A stretch of 64,000 nt of DNA from an uncultured cyanobacterium (GTDB taxonomy: Bacteria > Cyanobacteriota > Cyanobacteriia > Cyanobacteriales > Cyanobacteriaceae), in NCBI GenBank assembly GCA_963710605.1, contig CAVQBA010000004.1:736001-800000 (forward strand), written 5' to 3'. The notes beneath the pieces are model-generated. The model was not told the origin of the DNA. It was given only the letters and a program-made list of their open reading frames with translations, and searched no databases. The position numbers and the translations under genes are program-made. The stretch's first letter is position 1. Each line of letters starts with the position of its first letter. Of this stretch, positions 32,512 to 44,206 are shown piece after piece.

Positions 32512-33906
32512 TTATTTTCCAATACAAAAACGACTAAAAATACGATCGAGTACAGACTCGGTGACTTCTTCTCCTGTAATCTCTCCTAAGCCTTGAATTG
32601 CCATTCTTAAATCGATCGTCCAGAAGTCTAGAGGTAATTGTTCTTGAATCGTTTTTTCGACCTCAATTAAGGCATTTTTAGCACGAGTAAGAGCCGCCGC
32701 TTGTCTTTGATTAATTGCTATATCTAAATCTTGAGCGATCGTTTTTTGGCTTTTAATTGAATCAATAATTGCTTTTTCTAAACTATCGATACCTTGATTT
32801 ATCGCTACTGCGGTGGTGACTACCTGTTCTATTTCTGGGGGATACTTGACATTAGTCAGTTTGCCAATATCACTTTTATTAATTACTAAAATCAAATTCA
32901 GCTCTTTAATTTGTTGGTATATTTGTTCGTCAGCGGTTGTCCAACCCAAACTAGCATCAATAGTAAATAAAATTAAATCGGCTTTAGAGACTGCTAAGAG
33001 CGATCGCTCTACGCCTATTTTTTCGACTGTATCTTCTGTTTCTCTAATTCCTGCGGTGTCTAGTACCTGAATGGGGATGCCTTCTACTACAAGTTGCGAT
33101 TCTACCACATCACGAGTAGTTCCGGGTAAATCAGTAACGATCGCTCGATCGCTTTTACTCCAAGCATTTAAAAGACTTGATTTTCCCACATTTGGTTGCC
33201 CAACAATAGCTACTTTAATACCACTACGTAATAATTCGCCTTGATCTTTAGTGGCTAAAATTTGTGTAATTTGCCTCAAACTTTGACTAACATCGGTGGT
33301 AATTTGTTGTTGATTAAGAGGTGGTAAATCATCTTCAAAATCAATTCTGGCTTCTACTTCTGCTAAAATATCCAGTAGTTTAAAACGCATTTTTTTGATT
33401 GGCAATGCTAATTTTCCTTGTAATCCAGCTAAAGCCACTTGTGAAGCATGAGCTGATTTAGCACCAACAATTTCAGCAACACTTTCAGCTTGAGTTAAAT
33501 CTATTCTGCCATTAAAAAAAGCTCTGAGAGTAAATTCTCCAGCATTTGCGAGTCTTGCACCTTCAGATAAACACAATTCTAGAATTTGTTGAACAGGAAT
33601 TATACCACCGTGACAATGAAATTCTATTACATCTTCACAAGTAAAAGAGCGAGGAGATAACATTGGTAATAACAAAATTTCGTCTATTACTTTGTCAGTT
33701 TCAGGATTTTTAATATATCCGTAACCAATACGATGAGATTCCCACTGAAACTTGCCCTGAGGGGAAAAAATTGTTTGAGCAATTCGCACAGATGTATTGC
33801 CACTTAAACGCACAATACCGATACTACCTTGATTTGGAACAACAGCCGAAGCGATCGCTACGATTGTTTCTTGTTGAATGATTTGAGTCACAGAATTTGA
33901 GTCCAA
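32512..33906 (-). CDS. mnmE: tRNA modification GTPase MnmE
   Basis: [23 protein letters not shown] and terminal FCIGK. Confidence 0.97.
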   Translation of the reverse strand: MDSNSVTQIIQQETIVAIASAVVPNQGSIGIVRLSGNTSVRIAQTIFSPQGKFQWESHRIGYGYIKNPETDKVIDEILLLPMLSPRSFTCEDVIEFHCHGGIIPVQQILELCLSEGARLANAGEFTLRAFFNGRIDLTQAESVAEIVGAKSAHASQVALAGLQGKLALPIKKMRFKLLDILAEVEARIDFEDDLPPLNQQQITTDVSQSLRQITQILATKDQGELLRSGIKVAIVGQPNVGKSSLLNAWSKSDRAIVTDLPGTTRDVVESQLVVEGIPIQVLDTAGIRETEDTVEKIGVERSLLAVSKADLILFTIDASLGWTTADEQIYQQIKELNLILVINKSDIGKLTNVKYPPEIEQVVTTAVAINQGIDSLEKAIIDSIKSQKTIAQDLDIAINQRQAAALTRAKNALIEVEKTIQEQLPLDFWTIDLRMAIQGLGEITGEEVTESVLDRIFSRFCIGK

Positions 33907-34213
33907 AAAGAAAAACTAAATGATGATTCGTCAAATTAAATTCACTGTTCAAAAGAATTAGCAAATTCACCAACCATCGAAGGATAAGGGAATAACAATT
34001 AAGTTTTAGAATAAAAATTTGCGTAATGAGTATAAATTCAATCAACTAATTATTATTTGATTAACATCAATTTTTGAACTTATTCGTTATTACTTGTTAA
34101 TCCCTTTCATCCATCAATTTTAGCTTAAACTAGATAATAATATTTAACAGTTAATCTTCAAGCATCAACTTTCTTCACAGAAAACCTTTCCATAATTAAT
34201 TATTAATAATCAA

Positions 34214-34333
34214 TTAGTTTTCTTTATTTAAAAATCTTTGAGCCTGAGAAATAGCTGCCGAACCAATATTAAAAATAGCCCAACTTGCGGCTACACCTAA
34301 AGGTAATAATACAATTACAACTCTCCAATCCAT
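34214..34333 (-). CDS. psbY: Photosystem II protein Y
   Basis: Not in ORF track. [39 protein letters not shown]. Confidence 0.93.
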   Translation of the reverse strand: MDWRVVIVLLPLGVAASWAIFNIGSAAISQAQRFLNKEN

Positions 34334-34679
34334 CTTTTATATACTCCAGTTATTATAAGTCTATTTATCTACAAAATCATAACATTTTGTTGTTCTGTTT
34401 TGATCTATTAATCCTTATTTTATCGTTTGTTTGATGGTTGATACCTATCTTTGATCTTCAAAAATGGATCAATAACAAAACTCAACTATACAGCGTAAGT
34501 TATTAACGAAGATATAAATAACCTAGCATAAAAAATAAAAGACAATAACTATTTTAAACGTTTCAACCAAAAAATTAATCCTTTAAAGGATTAAAAATAA
34601 ATGATTTAAGCAAAGAAATTATTTTAAAACTTTACTTTTTTGATAGTCATAAATTAAATTATCAAACTTAAAAATTAAC

Positions 34680-35135
34680 TCAGCCCTTGTTAGAGGCATT
34701 AAGATAATTGATCAAAGCTTTCAAACCTAAACAATAACTATCAGCCCCAAAACCGCTAATTTGCCCGATGGCAACAGGAGCGATATAAGAGTGATGTCGA
34801 AAATTTTCTCGACTATATATATTACTTAAATGAACCTCAACTGTTGGTAAACCAACACCAACGATCGCATCTCTAATAGCAATACTAGTATGAGTATAAG
34901 CCCCTGCATTAATCAATATACCCTGATAATTATCAAAGCAGTCATGAATTGCATCAACTAAAACACCTTGATGATTAGATTGAAGACAAGAAACTTTTAC
35001 ATTTAATTTATGAGCTTCCTGCTCCAAAATAGAGTTTATTTTATCCAAGGTTAGATAACCATAAATATCTGGCTCTCTTGTTCCTAATAAGTTTAAATTA
35101 GGACCATGTATAACTTGTATTTTAAAATTAGACAA
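34680..35135 (-). CDS. aroQ: Type II 3-dehydroquinate dehydratase
   Basis: [24 protein letters not shown] and EVHLSN motifs. Confidence 0.95.
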   Translation of the reverse strand: MSNFKIQVIHGPNLNLLGTREPDIYGYLTLDKINSILEQEAHKLNVKVSCLQSNHQGVLVDAIHDCFDNYQGILINAGAYTHTSIAIRDAIVGVGLPTVEVHLSNIYSRENFRHHSYIAPVAIGQISGFGADSYCLGLKALINYLNASNKG

Positions 35136-35189
35136 TTAGTTTATTGTAAATTTTTGTAATTATTTAGAGCTGATGACACAAATTTTAGT

Positions 35190-35330
35190 TTAATATCTGG
35201 ATCGAGGGTTATCTCTAACTGGAATAGGAATTAACTCAGCTTCAGTTTCACCTTCTGGACCAAACAAAATGTCAATTAGTGTTTGAGTCAGATCTTTAAG
35301 TTTTTCAATGATTTTGCCTATTTTTTCCAT
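35190..35330 (-). CDS. Small protein (46 aa) with LIPIPV motif
   Basis: Not in ORF track. MEKIGKIIEKLKDLTQTLIDILFGPEGETEAELIPIPVRDNPRSRY, with AGGAG RBS upstream. Confidence 0.65.
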   Translation of the reverse strand: MEKIGKIIEKLKDLTQTLIDILFGPEGETEAELIPIPVRDNPRSRY

Positions 35331-35563
35331 TAATCAAAAAGACTCCTGTTAATAGTTTTATCCTAATATTGATCCATCATAACCTTTACTTTTTGTAAAT
35401 GCAACCGCTTTTTGGTAGTGAAAACGGAAGAAAATATAATGATTAGTTAATTTGATCATAGAAGAATGAACGAAGACACGATACAATTCTTTTATCATCT
35501 TAACTTGTAGAAAACAGTAAATCGGGAACTTGGTGGCAGAAATTAAATGAGTATAAGGATTTA

Positions 35564-35842
35564 ATGAGCAGAGAAATTTATATTAATCATCCTAATTTTG
35601 GTCTTCTTTATCGTTTATGTGTAATCGGTAACAATCAAGAATTATTTACCACTCTTTATGCACAACGTCTTTTTTTTAGAGTGACCATACCAACTAAAAA
35701 TTCTCCAGAGACAAATTTTGAGCCTCTCAGTCGTACTGAGGCACGTATTTTAATGGAAAACAATTTGCGTAATTTACGTGGTAATGGTGAATGGGAAGCA
35801 TATAAAACGATTAACAAACTTTACGAAAATACTTTTCAATGA
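35564..35842 (+). CDS. pipX: PII-interacting protein X
   Basis: Y.NHP.FGLLY and ELFTTLYAQRLFF motifs; coupled to pipY. Confidence 0.95.
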   Translation: MSREIYINHPNFGLLYRLCVIGNNQELFTTLYAQRLFFRVTIPTKNSPETNFEPLSRTEARILMENNLRNLRGNGEWEAYKTINKLYENTFQ

Positions 35843-36528
35843 ATCATTTGGTAAAAGACAATTTACGACAAATAGAGTCGCTAATTCCTGATAATGTACG
35901 TTTAGTTGCAGTCAGTAAAAAAGTATCGGTAAAAGTGATGCAGTCTGTTTATGAGTCTGGAATTAGAGATTTTGGCGAAAATAGATTACAGGAGGTTTTA
36001 GATAAACAAGCTCAATTAAAACATATTCCCGATATTTGCTGGCATTTTATTGGGCATTTACAAACTAACAAAGCTAAAAAAGCCGTAGAATCTTGTGATT
36101 GGATTCATTCGGTAGATAGCCTTAAAATCGCTCAACGTTTGGATTATTATGCTCAAAAAGCGATCGAATCAAAAGCAATTACTAACTCCCCTCAAGTTTG
36201 TTTACAAATAAAAGTTTTACCAGACGAAAATAAATATGGTTGGGAAACTCAACAATTATGGCAAGATTTACCACAGTTAGTTCAACTTAAAAATCTAAAT
36301 GTTCGTGGTTTGATGTCTATTTTACCTTTAGGTTTATCCAAACAACAAACTCTGGATGCTTTTCAAAAAGTGGCACAATTAGCTCAAGATATTCGTCAAA
36401 AGGATTTTTTCACTTCTGATTTTGATCAGTTATCAATGGGTATGTCTGCTGACTATTTACAAGCGATCGAAGCTGGTGCTACGATGATCCGTTTGGGTAG
36501 TATGATTTTTAAAGAAAGACTAAATTAA
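35839..36528 (+). CDS. pipY: PLP homeostasis protein (YggS/PipY)
   Basis: AVSK, FGEN, WHFIGHLQTNK, LSMGMS.D and IRLGS motifs; ATGA overlap with pipX. Confidence 0.93.
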   Translation: MNHLVKDNLRQIESLIPDNVRLVAVSKKVSVKVMQSVYESGIRDFGENRLQEVLDKQAQLKHIPDICWHFIGHLQTNKAKKAVESCDWIHSVDSLKIAQRLDYYAQKAIESKAITNSPQVCLQIKVLPDENKYGWETQQLWQDLPQLVQLKNLNVRGLMSILPLGLSKQQTLDAFQKVAQLAQDIRQKDFFTSDFDQLSMGMSADYLQAIEAGATMIRLGSMIFKERLN

Positions 36529-36992
36529 AACTGAAGTATTTTTATTGATTATGTGTAGATTAATTATATTTATTAAACAGATTCGATTATGATTGTCTAA
36601 TATTTTCAACCTAAATAAAACTAATTTTTCTTAATCAAAATGTGCTTATTTTATTTTTATAATTAAATTATTTAATTGTTATTCATAATGATTACTTTTG
36701 ATATTAAGTAGGTTAAATACTTAGTAATCAATTACCTAGGACTCAACTTAGTTTATTAATTGAAACAGCTAAAAATAGCTAAATAAATATTAATAAATAA
36801 AAGAACATTATTAAAATTATTAATTCTTAGTTAAGATAGATGTATTCAAAATATTGCTTAAAAGACCAATGTTGATCGTGAATCAAATAATAGCTTTAAT
36901 TGAGTAATTATTTATCGTATAAATATTCTTTGATCTATACTCCATTCCTCTTAAGCCACAAATTTCTTATCAAAATGTGATTTTATTGATGT

Positions 36993-39900
36993 ATGTCTGA
37001 GTTTACTAAACATCTACCGATTAATTCAAATTTTATTAGTGTCAGTCTCGATACATCAATTAGAGAAGTTGTCATTAGATTAAGTCAAGCTAATCAGCAA
37101 AATCAGCATCAAGCAATCGCCAAAAATAAACATATTGTTAGTTGTGCTGTTGTCGAGAATAATAAACGCCTCATCGGTTTGATTACAGAAAGAGATATTG
37201 TCAAACTGTCAGCTAAATCGATTAATTTTGACGGTATTATTGCGGCGGAAGTGATGACAAGAGAATTAATTACTTATCCTGTTGATAAACTGGAAAATCT
37301 GAATGATTTAATTGATACTTTCAAACAGCATCATATACGTCATTTACCAATAACTAATCAACAAAAAGAAATAATTGGGATTATTACGCCTGAAAGTATC
37401 AGAGCAAATTTACAATCACTAGATTTACTACAACAGCGACGAGTTGTTAGTGTGATGCGACAAAACATAATTCATTCACAACCAGAACAAAAAGTCAATA
37501 AAATAATTGAGTTAATGGCTGAATATGCTGTCAGTTGTGTCGTGATTGCTGAATTTGACGGGCAAAAAAAAGTCAAACCATTGGGTATCATTACCGAAAG
37601 AGATATTATTTCTTACCAAGCATTAAATTTAGATTTGAAAAGGTTAACGGCAAAAGAAGTGATGAGTTTTCCTTTGATGTTGGTTTGTGCTGAAGAATCT
37701 TTGTGGAATGCTCATTTGATGATGCAAAAATATCAACTAAGAAGGTTAGTTGTGATTAATAACCAAGAAAATCTAATTGGTATTATAACTCAAAGTTCAA
37801 TTTTAGAGGCGATCGATTCAAGTGAATTAGAAAAATTAATTAAGGTTCTAGAAAACGAAGTAGATAATTTGGAAAGTGAAAAAAAACAACTACTTCAAGA
37901 AATATTACAGCACAAAATCAAAAACTTCAATATAGTTGAACAAAGAAAGAAATTAATCGCTGATATTGCTTTAAAAATTCACTCTTCTTTAGATTTAGAA
38001 GAAATTTTACAAACAGCAGTCTCAGAAATTTTATCTATTTTAAATGTCGATCGAGTTATTATCTGTCGTTTTGATGACGAAAAATATCTTACGGTAGAAG
38101 CAGTCAAAAATCCTTCTTTTTTATTACCTAAAGACAAATTTATTTCAAGTAAAGCTTTCTATCAAAAAATATTTACGACTAAACAATCATGGCACAATCA
38201 AGTGATAGAAGATATTGATAAAGCTGATTTAGAACAAGAGTTTAAAGAATTTTTAACTCGTTTTAAGATAAAAGGAAAATTAGTTATTCCGATTGTAATG
38301 CAGGATAATTTATGGGGATTATTAATGGCTCACAAATGTTATTATCCTCGTAATTGGTCATCGATAGAAATTGATTTTTTAGAAAAATTATCAATCCAAT
38401 TGACGATCGCAATTCAACAAGCTACTTTGTTAAAAGAACTAAAAGAAGCAAAATTGGACTTAGAGTTAAAAGTATCGCAACGTACCGCCGAATTAGAGCA
38501 AAAAAACAAACTGTATCGACAGCAACTTATTCATTCTCAAAACATACAATCAGAATTAAAAAAGACGACTTATACCTTAGAAGGTATTCTGAATATGGCT
38601 TATGATGCCATCATTTCAGTAGATGATCAACAAAATATCATTATGTTTAATCAAGGTGCAAGTCAAATTTTTGGTTATCACCCTGATGAAGTGATGGGTA
38701 AAAGCTTAGAAATATTAATCCCAAAAAGTTATGTTAATAATCACCATCGCTATGTTGAAGAATTTAATCGTAACAGCAAAACTAGTCAAGTAAGACAAAT
38801 GAGTAATAGCCCAGACAGAGTAGTATTTGCTCGTCGCCGAGATGGTAGCCAATTCCCTGCTGAAGTTTCTATTTCTCAATTAAACCGTGGAAATGACACT
38901 ATTTTAACGGCTATTTTAAGAGATATTAGTGGCAAAATTAGTTTAGAAAAAGAAAGAAAAAGACTAGCTTATTTTTTAGAAGTTAGCTTAAACGAAATCT
39001 ATGTTTTTTCAGCCACAAATTATCACTTTACTTATGCGAATCAAGCTGCGTTAAATAATACTGGTTATGATTTAGAATCTTTAAAAAAAATTACTCCTTT
39101 AGCTTTAAAAATAGAGTTGGATTCACTGAGTTTCCAAGCACAAATAAAGCCATTGATAACAGGAGAAAAAAAAAGTATCTTATTACAAACAACTCATCAA
39201 CGGCGAGATGGTAGCCAATATCAGATTGAAGCAAGTTTTCAATATATTCAACAAGATGAAGCAGGTGAAGAATCAGTCTTTTTAGCAATTGGTAATGATA
39301 TTTCTCGTCGTTTACAATCAGAAATTCAACTAGAGCGAGAACTCAAACACCGTATATTGAGTAGTAAGATAACCGAAAAAATCCGTAAAAGTTTAAATCC
39401 TCAAGATATATTCGCTACCGCCGCTGAAGAAATTGGTATTGCTTTTGGGGTAAATCAAGTTCTAATTTTTAAGTATAGTGATGAGGATAATGAAGCTAAA
39501 GCAATTTGTGTTTCTGAATATATTGATGGTGATTACGATTCACAATTAAACTTTGAAATCCCAGTTAAAGAAAGTAATTATTTACAATTATTGCTACAAA
39601 ATCAACAACCTATTCATATTGATAATACACAAAATAACGATTCATTAAAAAGAATTGAAAAATTAGTTGAGTATATGCAAATAAAATCGTTACTCAGTTG
39701 TGTCACTTTTGATGTAGATAAGGTGAATGGTTTTATCTGTTTACATCATTGCAAAAATTATCATAATTGGACTGAAAACGAAATAGAATTGTTACAAATG
39801 CTTGCTAATCAATTAGGAATTGCGATCGCTCAAGGTAATTTATTACAAAGAGAAAAACAAAGAATTAAACTGCTAGCAAAAAAAAATAAACAATTAGATA

Positions 39901-41072
39901 AAGCAAAACAAGAAGCGGATAAAGCAAATCAAGCTAAAAGCGAGTTTTTAGCAATGATGAGTCACGAAATACGTACACCGATGAATGGTGTCATAGGGAT
40001 GATTAATTTACTTGCCGACACGCCATTAATACCTTTACAAATTGAATATATGGAAACTATTCGTGCGAGTGGAGAAAACTTATTAGTAATTATCAATGAT
40101 ATTCTTGATTTTTCTAAAATAGAGTCGGGAAAAATAGAGTTAGAAACCAAACCTTTTAATTTACTTAATACGATTAAAAGTGTGATTGATTTATTAGCTT
40201 TTCAAGCAGAGGAAAAAAAATTAGATTTGAGTTACTATTATCCTCCTCAAGTACCAGTTAATTTTGATGGTGATGTAAATAAAATTAGACAAATATTAAC
40301 TAATCTTTTAGGTAATGCCCTCAAATTTACTGAGCAAGGAGAAGTTATTCTTAGGGTTGATAGTCAAAAAATCAACAATTCTGATTATCAAATTAAGTTG
40401 ACGGTTGAAGATACAGGAATTGGTATTCCTAAAAACAAACTCGAACGTTTATTTCAGTCTTTTTCTCAAGTAGATGCTTCTATTTCTCGTAAATACGGGG
40501 GGACGGGATTAGGGTTATCCATTAGTCAGGGATTAGCACGATTAATGGGTGGTACAATTTGGGTAGAATCAAAAATAGGTATTGGTTCAATATTTTATTG
40601 TACTTTAATTTTATCAATTACTTCTTTATCACCACTAATGGTAATTAACGACGGCACTCAATCCTCTATTTCTAATCCATCTGTTAAATTAACAATTTTG
40701 TTAGCTGAAGATAATAAAGTGAATCAAAAAGTAGCTTTACTAACTTTAAAAAAATTAGGTTATGACGCACAAGTCGCAAATAATGGTTTAGAAGTGATTG
40801 AAAAGTTCAAACACAGCCACTACAATATCATTTTAATGGATGTACAAATGCCTGAAATGAATGGATTAGAGACAACAGAGTGGATTCGCCAAAATTTGAC
40901 TAGTCAACCTCCTTATATTATCGCTATTACTGCTAATGCCATGGAAAGCGATCGAGACAAATGTTTACAAATAGGAATGAATGATTATATATCTAAGCCA
41001 TTTAGGCTAGAATCATTACAAAATGTTTTGAACAAAGCTCAATCTTATTTAACCGAACATATTAACGATTAA
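36993..41072 (+). CDS. Hybrid sensor histidine kinase (4xCBS-GAF-PAS-PAS-GAF-HisKA-HATPase-REC)
   Basis: GLITERD CBS motifs, [12 protein letters not shown]1/G2 boxes, LLAEDN..MDVQMP..KP receiver. Confidence 0.92.
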   Translation: MSEFTKHLPINSNFISVSLDTSIREVVIRLSQANQQNQHQAIAKNKHIVSCAVVENNKRLIGLITERDIVKLSAKSINFDGIIAAEVMTRELITYPVDKLENLNDLIDTFKQHHIRHLPITNQQKEIIGIITPESIRANLQSLDLLQQRRVVSVMRQNIIHSQPEQKVNKIIELMAEYAVSCVVIAEFDGQKKVKPLGIITERDIISYQALNLDLKRLTAKEVMSFPLMLVCAEESLWNAHLMMQKYQLRRLVVINNQENLIGIITQSSILEAIDSSELEKLIKVLENEVDNLESEKKQLLQEILQHKIKNFNIVEQRKKLIADIALKIHSSLDLEEILQTAVSEILSILNVDRVIICRFDDEKYLTVEAVKNPSFLLPKDKFISSKAFYQKIFTTKQSWHNQVIEDIDKADLEQEFKEFLTRFKIKGKLVIPIVMQDNLWGLLMAHKCYYPRNWSSIEIDFLEKLSIQLTIAIQQATLLKELKEAKLDLELKVSQRTAELEQKNKLYRQQLIHSQNIQSELKKTTYTLEGILNMAYDAIISVDDQQNIIMFNQGASQIFGYHPDEVMGKSLEILIPKSYVNNHHRYVEEFNRNSKTSQVRQMSNSPDRVVFARRRDGSQFPAEVSISQLNRGNDTILTAILRDISGKISLEKERKRLAYFLEVSLNEIYVFSATNYHFTYANQAALNNTGYDLESLKKITPLALKIELDSLSFQAQIKPLITGEKKSILLQTTHQRRDGSQYQIEASFQYIQQDEAGEESVFLAIGNDISRRLQSEIQLERELKHRILSSKITEKIRKSLNPQDIFATAAEEIGIAFGVNQVLIFKYSDEDNEAKAICVSEYIDGDYDSQLNFEIPVKESNYLQLLLQNQQPIHIDNTQNNDSLKRIEKLVEYMQIKSLLSCVTFDVDKVNGFICLHHCKNYHNWTENEIELLQMLANQLGIAIAQGNLLQREKQRIKLLAKKNKQLDKAKQEADKANQAKSEFLAMMSHEIRTPMNGVIGMINLLADTPLIPLQIEYMETIRASGENLLVIINDILDFSKIESGKIELETKPFNLLNTIKSVIDLLAFQAEEKKLDLSYYYPPQVPVNFDGDVNKIRQILTNLLGNALKFTEQGEVILRVDSQKINNSDYQIKLTVEDTGIGIPKNKLERLFQSFSQVDASISRKYGGTGLGLSISQGLARLMGGTIWVESKIGIGSIFYCTLILSITSLSPLMVINDGTQSSISNPSVKLTILLAEDNKVNQKVALLTLKKLGYDAQVANNGLEVIEKFKHSHYNIILMDVQMPEMNGLETTEWIRQNLTSQPPYIIAITANAMESDRDKCLQIGMNDYISKPFRLESLQNVLNKAQSYLTEHIND

Positions 41073-41121
41073 GTTATCTTTAATATTAAGTAATCAATTA
41101 TGGTTAACCTAATAGACAAAC

Positions 41122-42501
41122 ATGGTATCTTTGACTAACGAACAAAAAATATTCCATCTTGCTAACCGAACCACTTTTGGTATCAATCAAGAGACTTTGG
41201 GGCAAATTAATCAATTAGGAATCAACGAATATTTACGATCGCAACTATATCCTCAATGTTTATGTTTAGTTGAGAAAGAGAATTTTCGCTATTTAGATTT
41301 AACTCCTGGGCAAGTATTTGAAAGACATTATAAAGACAAAGAGAAAAGGAAAAATAAATCTTTATCGTCTGAAGAAAAAAAACAGCTTAATCGGCAAAGA
41401 CGCAATTTTTTAAACGATACAAGAGCATTCAAATATATCAACTCAATCAATAATCCTAACCAACTACAAGATGTTATGACCAATTTTTGGTTTAACCACT
41501 TTAATGTTTTTGTTAGAAAACACTCTATTTTGCAGATGTTTTTAATTTATAACTATGAGCAAAAAACTATTCGCCCTTTAGCATTAGGAAAATTCAAAGA
41601 TTTACTCACAGCTACAGTTTATCATCCTTCGATGCTTTACTATCTTGACAACTGGAAAAATATTAAACCACAATCTAATAAAAAAAAGAAAAGAAGAAAA
41701 GGGTTAAACGAAAACTACGCTAGAGAATTGATGGAGTTACATACCTTAGGCGTAAATGGGGGTTATACTCAATCTGATGTGATTAGTTTAGCCAAAATTT
41801 TGACAGGTTTAACCGTTATTAACCCTAATACACCTCAAAACGAAAAAGGATTTTTCTTCAATCCCAAACTTCACGATTATAGTGATAAAAAATTTTTGGG
41901 GCAGACAATTAAAGGAGAAGGGATAAAAGAAATCGATCGAGTTATTAATATTTTAGCTAATCATCCCTCTACAGCCAACCACGTTAGTTTTAAATTAGCT
42001 CAATATTTTGTCGCCGATAATCCACCGTCAGGCTTAGTTAATAAATTAGCTCAAACTTTTACTAAAACTCAAGGCGATATTGCTCAAGTATTAAACCAAC
42101 TATTTCAAAGTGAAGAATTTTATGACAATCAATATTATCGTCAAAAGTTTAAAACTCCTTACGAATATGTGATGTCCGTACTACGTTTGGGTGATATTTC
42201 ACAACTAAAGGAAAGAATGATTAGTCGTATGTTGCGAAAATTGAATATGCTTCCATATAATCGCCTGACTCCTGATGGTTATGAGAATACTAAATCAGCA
42301 TGGTTAAGCCCTACATCAATGATAGATAGACTTGATTTTGCTATGGATATAGCTGAGCAAAATAAAAATTATGGTGATATTGTCAAAGTAGTAGAAGATT
42401 ATCTATCATCAAATACATTAAAAGCTGTTAAACAAGGTAATTTATCCGCTTTTTCGCAAACAGCAATGATTTTAGGAAGCCCAGAAATGATGTACAGATA
42501 A
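41122..42501 (+). CDS. DUF1800-family protein
   Basis: FWFNHF, MLYYLDN, NENYARELMELHTLG and KFKTP motifs. Confidence 0.88.
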   Translation: MVSLTNEQKIFHLANRTTFGINQETLGQINQLGINEYLRSQLYPQCLCLVEKENFRYLDLTPGQVFERHYKDKEKRKNKSLSSEEKKQLNRQRRNFLNDTRAFKYINSINNPNQLQDVMTNFWFNHFNVFVRKHSILQMFLIYNYEQKTIRPLALGKFKDLLTATVYHPSMLYYLDNWKNIKPQSNKKKKRRKGLNENYARELMELHTLGVNGGYTQSDVISLAKILTGLTVINPNTPQNEKGFFFNPKLHDYSDKKFLGQTIKGEGIKEIDRVINILANHPSTANHVSFKLAQYFVADNPPSGLVNKLAQTFTKTQGDIAQVLNQLFQSEEFYDNQYYRQKFKTPYEYVMSVLRLGDISQLKERMISRMLRKLNMLPYNRLTPDGYENTKSAWLSPTSMIDRLDFAMDIAEQNKNYGDIVKVVEDYLSSNTLKAVKQGNLSAFSQTAMILGSPEMMYR

Positions 42502-42511
42502 TTAATAATTA

Positions 42512-42550
42512 CCTCACCCCCAACCCCTCTCCTACTTTTGAGAGGGGAGT
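42512..42550 (+). repeat. Short dispersed hairpin repeat (CCTCACCCCCAACCCCTCTCC..GAGAGGGGAG)
   Basis: GC-rich hairpin between DUF1800 and DUF1501 genes. Confidence 0.6.
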
Positions 42551-42642
42551 TATAATCAAAAAAAACTTTTATTTTAGCAATCTCTCCTAGTATTTTTATT
42601 AGTAGAAATCACCTTAATAAAATCAATTACTCTTACTTAATC

Positions 42643-43875
42643 ATGAATCGAAGAAAATTTTTAACAAAAACTGCTTTATTTGGTGCAGGTTTAACAATTC
42701 CTATCGGTGTTAGGAGTTGGATGAGTTATTCTTTAGCACAACCACAACCTTCTTCCCAACGTTTAATTGTCGTTTTTTTAAGAGGTGCGATCGATGGACT
42801 TAGTGTATTAGTACCATATAGTGATGAAAATTATTATCAAGCTCGTCCTAATTTAGCAGTTGAATCTAGTTTAAATGACTCAGGAGAATTATTTGATTTA
42901 GACGGTAAATTCGGTTTGCATCCTGCGTTAAAAGATTTAATGCCTTTATGGCAAGAAAAAAGTCTTGCTTTTATCAACTGTTGTGGTTTCGCTAATAATA
43001 ACCGTTCTCATTTTGCCCTACAACACATTATGGAAACAGGTATGCCTGACGATAGTAGTAGTGAAGGCTGGATGAATCGCTTATTAGGTATTATAAGTCA
43101 AAATAACCCAACTCAAGCGATTAATATGGGTACATCGACAAAGCGTATCTTCATGGGGCAAAATTCTGTTGCTAATATTCCCCGACAAAATAATAATAAC
43201 TCTCAAAAATTAGAATTTGTTAAAGAAAATCAAAAGTTAAATCGACTTTTTGGTCAATTATATAATAATACAGATGAATTAAGTAAAACGTATCAACAAG
43301 GGCAACAAGCAAGACAATTGCTTATTCAAGAATTAGAAGAAGAAATGGTAATTGCCAGTCAAGATGCACCAAGAAGTAGTATAGCTTTTATTAAAGAAGC
43401 TACTCTAATTGCTAAATTGATGAAGGGCAAAGCTAATAGCCAACTGGCTTTTCTCGATTTTGGTAGATGGGATACTCATACTAATCAATCACGCACTTTA
43501 TCCAAATTATTACCTTCAGTTGGGTTAGGTTTAGCTACATTAAAAAAAGAATTAGGTAATGAATATAAAAATACCACGATCGTTGTCATGTCTGAATTTG
43601 GTCGTACCGTAAAAGAGAATGAGAACAGAGGTACTGATCACGGTTATGGTAATGCCATGTGGGTATTAGGTGGTAATGTTAAAGGAGGAAAAATATACGG
43701 TAAATGGCAAGGTTTGGATTCATCTCAATTATATAAAGGTAGAGAGATACCAGTAAATACAGACTATCGTGAAGTTATTGCTGATGTTTTGACTAATAAT
43801 TTTCAGTTAGATAAAAATTCTTTATTTCAAGTATTTCCTGATTTTCGTTATCAACCTAAATTTTCCGTTGTTTAA
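42643..43875 (+). CDS. DUF1501-family protein with Tat signal
   Basis: MNRRKFL, LRGAIDGL, RSHF, WDTH, SEFGR and GTDHG motifs. Confidence 0.9.
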   Translation: MNRRKFLTKTALFGAGLTIPIGVRSWMSYSLAQPQPSSQRLIVVFLRGAIDGLSVLVPYSDENYYQARPNLAVESSLNDSGELFDLDGKFGLHPALKDLMPLWQEKSLAFINCCGFANNNRSHFALQHIMETGMPDDSSSEGWMNRLLGIISQNNPTQAINMGTSTKRIFMGQNSVANIPRQNNNNSQKLEFVKENQKLNRLFGQLYNNTDELSKTYQQGQQARQLLIQELEEEMVIASQDAPRSSIAFIKEATLIAKLMKGKANSQLAFLDFGRWDTHTNQSRTLSKLLPSVGLGLATLKKELGNEYKNTTIVVMSEFGRTVKENENRGTDHGYGNAMWVLGGNVKGGKIYGKWQGLDSSQLYKGREIPVNTDYREVIADVLTNNFQLDKNSLFQVFPDFRYQPKFSVV

Positions 43876-43888
43876 TTGTATTAGCTAA

Positions 43889-43940
43889 CCACCATGAATT
43901 GTCATTCATGGCTAACAAAAGCCGTTTAATAAATTAAATT
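43889..43940 (+). repeat. Bare two-hairpin repeat unit (variant stem)
   Basis: CCATGAAT-tgtc-ATTCATGG, CTAA, then CCGTTTAATAAATTAAA. Confidence 0.7.
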
Positions 43941-44206
43941 TGAAATATTAATTAATCAATTTTAGTCAGTTAAAAGTGTTGATAGTTGATAGCGGTCAAA
44001 ACCCGCTGACGGAAGCGTAAGTCGCAAGAGAACGCTGACCAAGACGTTGATAGTTGATGATTTTTCATCCCTTATCCTTCATACTTCATCTTTGCTTCTT
44101 ACTCATTACTCATTCCGTATTTTTAAGAATTATTTTTAAAAACTCACTAAGGTTAACTAATATTATGAGCATGGTTATAATAGAAAAAAATAGCTTAAAA
44201 GTTTGG

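Noticed and set aside
43992-44045. Firm call as hammerhead ribozyme or glutamine riboswitch
   Set aside because: CTGACGG and GACC do not match the CUGANGA/GAAA core, and the riboswitch P1 and GAAGGAACG elements are imperfect; kept only as an unassigned structured insert
44054-44206. N-terminal extension of RsfS in the ORF track
   Set aside because: Runs through heptamer-repeat and AT-rich intergenic DNA; homology starts after about 44207
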